This document shows, in pieces, positions 1 to 9,183 of a stretch of DNA of 64,000 nucleotides. Positions within the stretch are counted from its first letter, which is position 1. Each line of letters opens with the position of its first letter. The translations under genes were made by a program, and so were the position numbers. The stretch is from Gammaproteobacteria bacterium (GTDB lineage Bacteria; Pseudomonadota; Gammaproteobacteria; CBDBNL01; JAAOII01): NCBI GenBank assembly GCA_965209035.1, contig OZ242372.1, positions 1,408,001-1,472,000 on the forward strand, written 5' to 3'. The notes beneath the pieces were generated by a model. It made no database searches, was not told the DNA's origin, and saw only the letters and a list, made by a program, of their open reading frames with translations.

Positions 1-234
1 GCGGCAACCGGTAACGCGGAGCACTCGGATGCTTTCTTGGCCGGACTGGAAAAGCGCGAAGCCGAACGTGAAGCCGAGCGTAAAGAACAACGCCGTGCCG
101 ATGAGGCACGACATCGTGCCGATCAAGACCGCTTTATCGCGACGGTGCAGCGTGAGCTGACTCTGCAACGCTGGTTTTTGCTTGCCTCTGTTGCGATCAT
201 AGGCTTGGTTGTGACGGCTATTTCCGTGGCTTAA
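1..234 (+). CDS. Small coiled-coil protein with C-terminal TM helix, array copy 1 (5' truncated by window)
   Basis: Frame open from position 1 (AATGNAEHSDAFLAGLEKREAE...ELTLQRWFLLASVAIIGLVVTAISVA); near-identical to the three downstream copies. Confidence 0.8.
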   Translation, partial: AATGNAEHSDAFLAGLEKREAEREAERKEQRRADEARHRADQDRFIATVQRELTLQRWFLLASVAIIGLVVTAISVA

Positions 235-356
235 ATTCCGCTGCTTCTTGTAAAACAAGAGGGACTGCGAAACTGGGATCAGTCGGGAATAATAGAAGGA
301 CGCACCAAAAACTATCAAAAAGAGTTGAATAACTTGTTCACCCGGAGATAGTTGAA

Positions 357-650
357 ATGGCAATGCATATGAGAGAGTCAACCGGCGACGCAGAGCATTC
401 GGATGCTTTCTTGGCCGGACTGGAAAAGCGCGAAGCCGAACGCGAGGCACAACGTCGTGCCGATGAAGACGAGCGTAAAGAACAACGTCGTGCGGATGAG
501 GCACAGCATCGTGCCGATGAAGCTAAACGCAGTGCCGATCAAGACCGCTTCATCGCGGCGGTGCAGCGTGAGCTCACTTTGCAACGCTGGTTCTTTGTTG
601 CCGCCGTTGCGGCCATGGGTTTGGTTGTGACGGCTATTTCCGTGGCTTAA
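357..650 (+). CDS. Small coiled-coil protein with C-terminal TM helix, array copy 2 (97 aa; DUF1640/Bdr-like architecture)
   Basis: MAMHMR start after GGAG; charged E/R/A heptads, then hydrophobic C-terminus RWFFVAAVAAMGLVVTAISVA. Confidence 0.8.
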   Translation: MAMHMRESTGDAEHSDAFLAGLEKREAEREAQRRADEDERKEQRRADEAQHRADEAKRSADQDRFIAAVQRELTLQRWFFVAAVAAMGLVVTAISVA

Positions 651-711
651 ATTCCGCTGTTTCTTGTTTTACAAGAGGGACTGCGGAACTTGTTCGCCCG
701 GGGAGGTTGAA

Positions 712-984
712 ATGGCAATGCATATGAGAGCGGCAACCGGCGACGCAGAGCATTCGGATGCTTTTTTGGCCGGACTGGAAAGGCGCGAAGCCGAACGTGA
801 GGCAAAACGCGAAGCACAGCGTCGTGCCGATGAGGCACAACATCGTGCCGATGAAGCTAAACGCAGTGCTGACCAAGACCGCTTCATCGCGGCGGTGCAG
901 CGTGAGCTGACTTTGCAACGCTGGTTCTTTGTTGCCGCTGTTGCGACCATGGGTTTGGTTGTGGCGGCTATTTCCGTGGCTTAA
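712..984 (+). CDS. Small coiled-coil protein with C-terminal TM helix, array copy 3 (90 aa)
   Basis: GGAGG RBS upstream of ATG 712 (MAMHMR); paralog of copies 1, 2 and 4. Confidence 0.8.
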   Translation: MAMHMRAATGDAEHSDAFLAGLERREAEREAKREAQRRADEAQHRADEAKRSADQDRFIAAVQRELTLQRWFFVAAVATMGLVVAAISVA

Positions 985-1230
985 ATTCCGCCAGTCCTTG
1001 TTTTGCCTCCGGTTTTACAAGAGGCATCGCGAAGCGAAACGGGGCTTAGTCGGGAATAGTAGCGGAACACACCATACCGATTTTTCCGGGATGATGCCCG
1101 TATTTTTAGATTTCTAAAAACAAGTCGTCCTTCCGGTTTCATTCATCATTTTTTGATATAATAATAGTATGTTTTATGTTGGTAAGACATTGATTGGAAA
1201 GATTATTTTATTGGTAATTACTTAGGAGGA

Positions 1231-1500
1231 ATGACTATGACAACATCATCTATCATTGAAATGGCAATGCATATGAGAGCGGCAACCGGCAACGTCGAGC
1301 ATTCGGATGCTTTCTTGGCCGGACTGGAAAAGCGCGAAGCCGAACGCGAGGCACAACATCGTGCCGATGAAGCTAAACGCAGTGCTGATCAAGACCGCTT
1401 CATCGCGGCGGTGCAGCGTGAGCTAACTTTGCAACGCTGGTTCTTTGTTGCCGCTGTTGCGGCCATGGGTTTGGTTGTGGCGGCTATTTCCGTGGCTTAA
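1231..1500 (+). CDS. Small coiled-coil protein with C-terminal TM helix, array copy 4 (conserved start MAMHMR at 1261)
   Basis: AGGAG before ATG 1231; paralog of the upstream copies. Confidence 0.8.
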   Translation: MTMTTSSIIEMAMHMRAATGNVEHSDAFLAGLEKREAEREAQHRADEAKRSADQDRFIAAVQRELTLQRWFFVAAVAAMGLVVAAISVA

Positions 1501-1736
1501 ACTTAAATTCCACTGCTTCTTGTTTTGCTTCCGGCTTTACAAGCGGCATCGCGAAGCGAAACGGGGCTTAGCTGGGAATAATAGCGGAACACACCATACC
1601 AAACTTAGAGTCCAAAACCTTGCCGGGATGACGCAGTTTGTGTATCATTCCCCTCGGCTTTGGATGTCCGCCCTTGCCGGGCTTTTTGAATTCCAAACCC
1701 TTGCGTTTGGATTTGGGCTTACTTTTAGGCTTACTT

Positions 1737-3113
1737 TTAAATTAGCCTTTTGGGGTCCAGGAGTTTGCGCAGTTCTGTCTCGCTCAGATCGGTCATTTCT
1801 TTTGCCACTTCAAGTACCGGTCGGCCTTGCTTGTATGCCTGTTTGGCGATGGCGGCGCCTTTTTCGTAGCCGATGACCTGATTGAGGGCGGTGACCAGAA
1901 TGGGGTTGCGTTCCAGCGGAATACGAATGTTGTCTTCTCGCACCGTGAAATCTTTGATGGCCTTGTCGGCGAGTAGCCTGCAAGAGTTTGTCATCAGGTG
2001 GCAGGATTGAAGGAGATTGTAAGCGATGACCGGCAGCATGACATTGAGTTGAAAGTTGCCGGAGAGGCCGCCGAGGGCGACAGTGGTATCGTTGCCGATA
2101 ACCTGTGCCGATGCCATGCAGACAGATTCGCCGATGACCGGATTGACCTTGCCGGGCATGATGCTGCTGCCGGGCTGTAGGGCGGGCAGTTCAATTTCGC
2201 CCAGACCGGCGAGGGGGCCGCTGTTCATCCAACGCAGGTCGTTGGCAATTTTCATCAGGACGACGGCGAGGCCGCGCAGTTTGGCGCTCGTTTCCACGGG
2301 GGCGTCCTGTGCGGAGAGACCGGCAAAGAAGTTGTTCATCACCGTGAATTTCAGCCCGGTTTTGCGGTTGAGAGCTGCGACAAACTTGCGGGAGAATCCT
2401 TTTTCGGCGTTAATGCCGGTGCCGACGGCTGTGCCGCCTTGCGGCAGGGCGGCAAGACGCGGCAGGGCGTCTTCTATCGCCTTTTTGGCATCGCGCAGCT
2501 GGGCACTCCAGCCGCCCATCTCCTGCTTCAAACTCAACGGCATGGCATCCATTAAATGCGTGCGGCCGGTTTTTATGACTTTGGCGTGTTGGTTCGCCTT
2601 TTTATCGGTTGTTCGGATCAAATGTTCCAATGCCGGTAACAGGGACAGGCGTATGTGGGCAACCGCGCTGACTTTGATGGCGGTCGGGATGACATCGTTG
2701 GAACTTTGGCTCATATTGACATGGTCGTTGGGATGGACGGCCTGCTTGCCTGCGGATGCCAATGAGGCGATGACTTCGTTGGCGTTCATGTTGGAACTGG
2801 TGCCGGAGCCGGTCTGAAAGACATCTATGGGGAACTGGGCGTCGTGCTTGCCGGCTGCGACCGCATTGGCCGCCTGTTGAATTTTTTTGCCGAGGGCCGG
2901 CTTGAGTTTGCCCAATTGCATATTGGCTTCGGCACAGGAGAACTTGATATGTCCGAGTGCTTCAATGAAACGGCGCGGCATTTTCAGGTCGCTGACCGGG
3001 AAGTTGGCAACCGCCCGTCCGGTCTGGGCGCCGTAAAGAGCGTCCGCCGGGATTAGGACTTCGCCCATGCTGTCACGGACTTTTTGATGCTTTGTTGTTG
3101 TTTTGTCGTTCAT
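1737..3113 (-). CDS. fumC: Fumarate hydratase class II
   Basis: DSMGEV...YGAQT, QTGSGTSSNMNANEV, GRTHLMDA and GSSIMPGKVNP signature. Confidence 0.97.
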   Translation of the reverse strand: MNDKTTTKHQKVRDSMGEVLIPADALYGAQTGRAVANFPVSDLKMPRRFIEALGHIKFSCAEANMQLGKLKPALGKKIQQAANAVAAGKHDAQFPIDVFQTGSGTSSNMNANEVIASLASAGKQAVHPNDHVNMSQSSNDVIPTAIKVSAVAHIRLSLLPALEHLIRTTDKKANQHAKVIKTGRTHLMDAMPLSLKQEMGGWSAQLRDAKKAIEDALPRLAALPQGGTAVGTGINAEKGFSRKFVAALNRKTGLKFTVMNNFFAGLSAQDAPVETSAKLRGLAVVLMKIANDLRWMNSGPLAGLGEIELPALQPGSSIMPGKVNPVIGESVCMASAQVIGNDTTVALGGLSGNFQLNVMLPVIAYNLLQSCHLMTNSCRLLADKAIKDFTVREDNIRIPLERNPILVTALNQVIGYEKGAAIAKQAYKQGRPVLEVAKEMTDLSETELRKLLDPKRLI

Positions 3114-3292
3114 TGGATTAGAAAAGAGGTTAAAGGAGGGGGATAAAAAAGCGTGGCGGGAAATCGGGGAGTGGGGAAAAAAGAGCGATTGCGACCCGCC
3201 GATTCCCGGACGGGTTCATTGGTTATCCTTTAAGTAAGTAAGCGGCTGTTATATAAGAGGCGATTCAATAAACCAAGCGGCTATATAAGCAG

Positions 3293-4027
3293 CTATGTAA
3301 CATCTTTCCAGTATTCGCGTTTGACAAGCCAGGCAAGAAAAATTAAGACAAGCAAGAACAGCATCACCTTCCAGCCGAGGCGGATACGCTGAATTTTTGC
3401 CGGCTCGCTCACATATTCCATGAAGTTGACCAGGTCGTTCATTTGGTTATGAAATTCTTTGCGGCTCATGCTGCCCGGCACCGCAAGGGTGAGTTTGACG
3501 AGTTGCTTCTTGCCGTGGACTTCCTCGTAAACGGGGTCTTGAATGCCTTGCGTCGCCGCCAGAATATTGGGCATGGCGGTGCCGGCAAAGATGGCGTTGT
3601 TGAAGCCGCTGGTGCTGTCCGGATCCCGATAAAATCCTTTGAGGTAACTGAGTATCCAGTTGTTGCCGCGCACCCGCGCCCGGAGTGTCAGGTCCGGCGG
3701 TGCCACGCCGTAGGCCTGTAAACCCGCGTCCTCGCTTAAAGGCGAGACGATCGCGTCATAAACACCGCCGCCGAATAGCATCACATTTTTGCGAAGTTCG
3801 TCGTCGTTCCAGCCAAGGTCCTTGCCAACACGGTTGTATCGCATATAGCCGAGCGAATGGCAGGAAAGGCAGTTGATGGCATAAAATTGGGCGCCGCGGC
3901 GCAGGGACTCAATGTCCGTGATGTCCGTTTGTGCCTTGTCCAAGCGGTAGCCGGACTCGGCGGCAAATGCGAATGCGGGCAGCAGGGTTGTCATCAGGAC
4001 CGCCAACAGAGTTGTGCGCAGTTTCAT
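3293..4027 (-). CDS. petC: Ubiquinol-cytochrome c reductase cytochrome c1
   Basis: Signal peptide, CLSCH heme motif, PPDL, C-terminal TM helix ending KREYWKDV; follows petB. Confidence 0.96.
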   Translation of the reverse strand: MKLRTTLLAVLMTTLLPAFAFAAESGYRLDKAQTDITDIESLRRGAQFYAINCLSCHSLGYMRYNRVGKDLGWNDDELRKNVMLFGGGVYDAIVSPLSEDAGLQAYGVAPPDLTLRARVRGNNWILSYLKGFYRDPDSTSGFNNAIFAGTAMPNILAATQGIQDPVYEEVHGKKQLVKLTLAVPGSMSRKEFHNQMNDLVNFMEYVSEPAKIQRIRLGWKVMLFLLVLIFLAWLVKREYWKDVT

Positions 4028-5337
4028 TTGGTTAGTCTGGTGGGTAAGGGCTTGGTTTTGTCAATTCGGCTATAAACCGGCATGGTGATAAAAAACACAA
4101 AATACATAAAAGTGAGGAATTGGGCGATGCCCGTATATAGAGTGGACGGCGGCAGAGTGCCGAGAATGCCGAGACCGATAAAACTCACTACGAGAATCCC
4201 GATGGCGACGCGCGAGATGGGACCCTTATAGCGTATGGAACGCACGGGAGACTTGTCCAACCAGGGCAGAAAAAACCAGACGAGAATGGCAAAGAACATC
4301 ACAAGGACGGCCGGGAACTGGCTGCCGGCAATACTCGGGATTGCCCGCAGCATCGCATAAAAGGGTGTGAAATACCAGACCGGGGCGATGTGTTCGGGTG
4401 TTTTAAGCGGATTGGCTTCTTCAAAATTGGGGGGTTCTATCAAGTAGCCGCCGCCGGTCGGGGCATAAAAGAGAACAAAGGAAAACAGCAGCAGGAAGAC
4501 CATAGTTACAAAAATATCTTTTACGGTCATGTAGGGATGAAACGGGACTCCGTCCACAGGGATGCCGCGCTCGTTTTTATGGTCTTTGATTTCTATGCCG
4601 TCCGGGTTGTTGGAGCCGACATGCCGTAATGCGACCAGATGCAAGAAAACAAACAAAAGGAGAATCAGCGGGATGGCGGCGACATGAAACGCAAAGAAAC
4701 GATTCAGGGTGACATCCGAGATGACAAAATCACCTCTTACCCACTCCGCCAGGCCGGTGCCTATGTAAGGAACCGAAGCGAACAGGTTCACGATCACCTG
4801 CGCGCCCCACAGGGACATTTGTCCCCAAGGGAGGAGATAGCCGAAAAAGGCTTCCATCATCAGCAGCATGTAAATGGTCATGCCGATCAGCCACAACAAT
4901 TCGCGCGGCTTGCGGTAGGAACCGTAAATGAGACCGCGAAAAATATGCAGGTACACAACCGCGAAAAATGCCGAGGCGCCCGTGGAATGCATATAGCGAA
5001 TCAGCCAGCCGAAGTCCACATCGCGCATGATGGACTCAACGGATGAGAAGGCTTTGGTGGCGTCCGGCTTGTAATTCATTGTCAGGAAGATGCCGCTGGC
5101 GAGTTGAATGACCAGCACAAGCAACGCCAAACTTCCCATGAAATACCAAAAATTGAAGTTTTTGGGGGCAAAGTAACTGAGCAGTTGTTTGTCCAGAAAC
5201 TCGCTCATCGGAAAGCGTTCGTCCGTCCATTGCATCCACTTGCTCTTTTGTTCCTCTTTTGTTTGCCCGGAGGTTTGCTTGGAAGATGCCGGTTCCGTTT
5301 TCGTTTTCAATTGATTCTGTGTCTGTTGTTCGTTCAT
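4024..5337 (-). CDS. petB: Cytochrome b
   Basis: GWLIRYMHSTGAS, GYLLPWGQMS, RFFAFH, HIAPVWYF (PEWY equivalent). Confidence 0.97.
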   Translation of the reverse strand: MNEQQTQNQLKTKTEPASSKQTSGQTKEEQKSKWMQWTDERFPMSEFLDKQLLSYFAPKNFNFWYFMGSLALLVLVIQLASGIFLTMNYKPDATKAFSSVESIMRDVDFGWLIRYMHSTGASAFFAVVYLHIFRGLIYGSYRKPRELLWLIGMTIYMLLMMEAFFGYLLPWGQMSLWGAQVIVNLFASVPYIGTGLAEWVRGDFVISDVTLNRFFAFHVAAIPLILLLFVFLHLVALRHVGSNNPDGIEIKDHKNERGIPVDGVPFHPYMTVKDIFVTMVFLLLFSFVLFYAPTGGGYLIEPPNFEEANPLKTPEHIAPVWYFTPFYAMLRAIPSIAGSQFPAVLVMFFAILVWFFLPWLDKSPVRSIRYKGPISRVAIGILVVSFIGLGILGTLPPSTLYTGIAQFLTFMYFVFFITMPVYSRIDKTKPLPTRLTK

Positions 5338-5420
5338 AGTTCGTTTTTCGTTTTTGGAGTTGCTTGAGCTGTTGCTGTTTAAGTTGTTTAAGAAACTTTA
5401 AGAGACCTTGATAAGAGGCC

Positions 5421-6011
5421 TTAAGAAATCGGGTCCTCGCCGATGATCACCGTGGTGTCGTCCGCATATCGGTGCGGCGGAACTTCCAAGTTAGATGGCG
5501 CGGGCATGTTTTTATAAACGCGGCCGGCCATGTCAAATTTTGAGCCGTGACAGGGGCAGAAGAAACCGCCGTTCCAATCGTCACCAAAATCCGGATCCTG
5601 CGGCAGCGGCTTATATAAGGGCGAACACCCCAGATGCGGGCAGATCCCGACCAGGATCAGATATTCCGGTCTAATCGCCCGGCTTGTATCTGAAATGTAC
5701 ACGGGTTGTGTGCTGATTTTGGAGTTCGGATCCGCCAAGACGGCGGCATTTTGTGCCAGATTGTCCAGAACATCCCCGGTGCGCCGGATGATCCATACCG
5801 GCTTGCCGCGCCACCCCACTACTTTTAATTGTCCCGGTGCCAGATCGCTCAAACTGACTTCCAAAGGAGCACCGAGTGCCTTGGTTAGTTCATTGGGGAA
5901 GAGGGCACGCACAAACGGCACCATCGCAAAGATGCCGCCAAGCACGGTGAATCCCCCCAAAACTCTGTTGAGAAATCTGCGTCTTTTGATATCAACTGTT
6001 TGTTGTGCCAT
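5421..6011 (-). CDS. petA: Rieske iron-sulfur subunit of bc1 complex
   Basis: Tat motif RRRFL; CPHLGC and CPCHGS Rieske boxes. Confidence 0.97.
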   Translation of the reverse strand: MAQQTVDIKRRRFLNRVLGGFTVLGGIFAMVPFVRALFPNELTKALGAPLEVSLSDLAPGQLKVVGWRGKPVWIIRRTGDVLDNLAQNAAVLADPNSKISTQPVYISDTSRAIRPEYLILVGICPHLGCSPLYKPLPQDPDFGDDWNGGFFCPCHGSKFDMAGRVYKNMPAPSNLEVPPHRYADDTTVIIGEDPIS

Positions 6012-6567
6012 AATGACTTTTGTTTTCTTATTTTTCTTTTAGGTTCCTTGCCTTTTCATAGGATTTATTTTACCTTATCTTTCTCATTATATGGTGATAT
6101 TGTCCTATCTTACCTGGTTTTGATATTTTTTGGTAAAAACCGAAGCGGCGAGAGTGGCTATTTTCACGCAGATCCCGTGTTGTTGCTTCGCCTTGTCAGG
6201 CTGTCGGGTGTGCGAGTGAGGGTGGTGGGCGGAGAGGATGGAGGACTGTGCTTGTCTTGTGCTTGGCTTCCAATCTCCAATCCTTCCTTTACAGCACCCG
6301 ATTGATAAGATCTTGATAAAGGATTAATAAGAACTTGCCGGTAGTTTGTATCTCGGCTTTTATCTCGGGTTCGGCAACTTTTTAAAAAACCCTGATTTTA
6401 TAAGGGTTTGCGTGCATTTTTTATACACTGCCAGCCTGGCCTGGCACTCAGTGCCGGTTGCGAACAGATTGCATCAAGCGGTTTGTTTGGCTCGCCGAAG
6501 GCAGCCAAACGAACTCTTGGTCTGCTTTAGATTCCGCTTGCCCGCTGCTGACTTCCGACTTACCTGC

Positions 6568-8994
6568 CTACCTGCCTTGCGCCGAGAGGCCGTCCGGCAT
6601 GCAGTTCAGGGCGGGATATTGGCTGCTCGTGCCCAGATCCCAAACACTTAAGAATCCGTCCGGCTGGGCATCCACTTCCATTACTGCGCCCGTATCCGGA
6701 TGACACCAGATGCCACCCCAGTCTTCATAGATACCTGCGAAAGTAAGCGGGCTTTTCAGCTGGGCGGTGGTCTGCCCCGTACCCAAATTAGCAGCACTGT
6801 TTGACTGTTGGGTGGTTTGAGTATCCCAATAGGAGGCAGTGACGACAGCCGGAGGACTATCAAATATCTGGCCAATCAAGCCTCCAACCTGGGGACTAGA
6901 AGAGGTAATTAAAATCTGCCCGGTAGCGGCATAAGAATAATAAGTTTGACTGAGCTCCCCATTCCCTATTAGTCCGCCAGCACGAATATCCCCGGTAACA
7001 CTTCCGCCGGATACATAAGTATAGCGAGCGGACGCGAATTGCCCCAGCCCAATTAGCCCGCCAACACTAACCCCCGTTCCGGAAACATCTACGCCGAGCA
7101 CATAGGCATAGCGAATATTTGTCGCCCCACTTCCAATCAGTCCGCCACCATCAGAATCAATCGTGTTAACACTTCCGCTAGAAGCATAAACATAGCGAAT
7201 AGTAGCCCCTCCTCCAGCCCCAGTCAATCCGCCAACAGCAGTACTCCCGACAACATTTAGACCGGATACACCGGCATAGCGAATGGTAGTACGCGACCCA
7301 TCCCCAACCAGCCCGCCCACGCTGATGGCGGACGGACTCATCACACTGACATCCGTAACTGACAGATTCTCATAACGGCCATTCTGACCATTGCCGACCA
7401 GTCCGCCCACAGCAGCTGCACCGCCACGGACAGTTGCATTCCGGAGATGCAGATTTTGCACACTGCCATTGAACGCACCGAATAAGCCCACTCCATTGGC
7501 GGTATCCTCCGCCGAAATGAACAGATCAGCAAGAGTGTGATCCCGACCATCAAAGATTCCCGCATAAGGGGTGCAATCATTAGGGGCAACACAGGAGCCA
7601 ATCGGCACCCAGCCGCTGCCGGTCGTCCAGGCAGTATTAACGGTGCCGTCGGCATAGGAAGCCGCATCGCTAAAATTGAGCGAGCGGGTCAATTCATAAC
7701 CCACACAGCCATCTGGGACCGGACAGCCCACAGATTCCACAGTAATTGCATCAATCTCATTGTCATCCATCCCATTGCCATCCAGATCATCGCGCAGCAG
7801 GGCCAGTTGATCCAAATTGTGAATCTCGATCAAGCCGTTATTGTTGTCATCCGAATCACAGGCATCCCCGAGTGTATCTGTATCGTTATTGAACTGCTCC
7901 GGATTTCCAACTAGCGGACAATTATCCATCCCATTCACCACATCATCGTCATCATCATCGGCATTCGGATCCGCTCCGATTGTGTGCTCAACCGCAGCCG
8001 AAAGGACGGGATCTGGACGACCCGCATAACGCACCGCAACTGTGATCTCGTAGGTGGCATCATAAATAAGCCCCGTAATGGTGTCCGTATTATCCGAAGC
8101 ACCCGCCGCAACATTCACTTCGTCAGAATCAAGTTCCTCTGTGCCGCTATCGGCATCATCATCAACATTGACCCAATTAATATTGAACCCGATAATCTCA
8201 CCCTGACCATCCTGACTCGGATTGGTCCAACTCACGGTAATGGTATTCCCGCTGACCATGGCTTGGACATCGGAAACAGCCGGGAACCTGGGATCACCAC
8301 CGCCATTCGGATCCGCCCCGGCCGTGCCTTGAGTGGAAACAGAAGTAGAGGATGAGCCATCCATATAAAGCACCGCAATCGTGATCCGGTAGGTGATGCC
8401 ATTGGTTAGACCCGTAATGTTGAACATCACCAGACTCCCGGGCTGCAGCAAATCCGCCGCAGGCGTCAGCAGCCGCACATCGGTGGCATTAAGGATAATT
8501 CCCTCAACGCTCATATCGTCGACGTTAAACAAAGTGATATTGAACCCGGTGATATTCTCCCGGTTCGGATTGGTCCAACTCACGAGAATATTCTCCTCAC
8601 CGACCATGGTTTGAATGTTGGAAACAGCCCGGCCATCACCGCCGCCGCCACCGGAACCGCCGCCTCCGCCGCCGGCACAACCGGCAAGGACCAAACCGAA
8701 CATACCTGTAAGCAGAAGGGTACACCCTAAACTTCCGAAACGCCCCAAACGAGCCAAATTTCGCAAACGAGCCAGCCGTTTCATCCGCAGGCCGGCATTA
8801 AAAAAGGCTGCCGCTAGCGGCGATAGAACCCGCCCGGCAAACAACCTTAGCGACCGCCAAGCATTGATGGGGTAAAAGATTAGAGGCATTGCCTTGAAGT
8901 TATTATTATTAAAGGAGACACGCGAATTTCGGGCGTCTTTGCCGGCGATGCATTGCTTGCACCGACCGGACAGGAAAAGAGATATCTTGTTCAT
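6568..8994 (-). CDS. Surface lipoprotein, FN3 x2 + TSP3-like Asp-rich linker + GLUG-repeat beta-helix (family member 1)
   Basis: Lipobox VLAGC after a long leader; VSWTNP...ITGL...Y.ITIAV FN3 pattern; DNCP...DACD; repeated VGGLVG/IGGLIG; C-terminal WDLG..QYPALNC. Confidence 0.8.
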   Translation of the reverse strand: MNKISLFLSGRCKQCIAGKDARNSRVSFNNNNFKAMPLIFYPINAWRSLRLFAGRVLSPLAAAFFNAGLRMKRLARLRNLARLGRFGSLGCTLLLTGMFGLVLAGCAGGGGGGSGGGGGDGRAVSNIQTMVGEENILVSWTNPNRENITGFNITLFNVDDMSVEGIILNATDVRLLTPAADLLQPGSLVMFNITGLTNGITYRITIAVLYMDGSSSTSVSTQGTAGADPNGGGDPRFPAVSDVQAMVSGNTITVSWTNPSQDGQGEIIGFNINWVNVDDDADSGTEELDSDEVNVAAGASDNTDTITGLIYDATYEITVAVRYAGRPDPVLSAAVEHTIGADPNADDDDDDVVNGMDNCPLVGNPEQFNNDTDTLGDACDSDDNNNGLIEIHNLDQLALLRDDLDGNGMDDNEIDAITVESVGCPVPDGCVGYELTRSLNFSDAASYADGTVNTAWTTGSGWVPIGSCVAPNDCTPYAGIFDGRDHTLADLFISAEDTANGVGLFGAFNGSVQNLHLRNATVRGGAAAVGGLVGNGQNGRYENLSVTDVSVMSPSAISVGGLVGDGSRTTIRYAGVSGLNVVGSTAVGGLTGAGGGATIRYVYASSGSVNTIDSDGGGLIGSGATNIRYAYVLGVDVSGTGVSVGGLIGLGQFASARYTYVSGGSVTGDIRAGGLIGNGELSQTYYSYAATGQILITSSSPQVGGLIGQIFDSPPAVVTASYWDTQTTQQSNSAANLGTGQTTAQLKSPLTFAGIYEDWGGIWCHPDTGAVMEVDAQPDGFLSVWDLGTSSQYPALNCMPDGLSAQGR

Positions 8995-9183
8995 GATTGT
9001 TTTTTATTGTTAAAAATATTAATGGTTATGGTATGAAGCATACTATTATTATAACTTTAATTTCCAAAATTATGCAGAGATTGTCCAATTCCGCCCGGCC
9101 TTGATTTTTTTGTAAAAACCGGATTGGCGAGAGTTATCTATGAGAATCATTGGGACTTGAGAAAGCCGTCTTTTTTGTCTGTG

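Noticed and set aside
1-1630. CRISPR or integron cassette array
   Set aside because: The repeated unit is the coding sequence itself; no attC-like core sites or integrase seen
6000-6560. Short ORFs between petA and lipoprotein 1
   Set aside because: No homology cues or RBS; treated as intergenic
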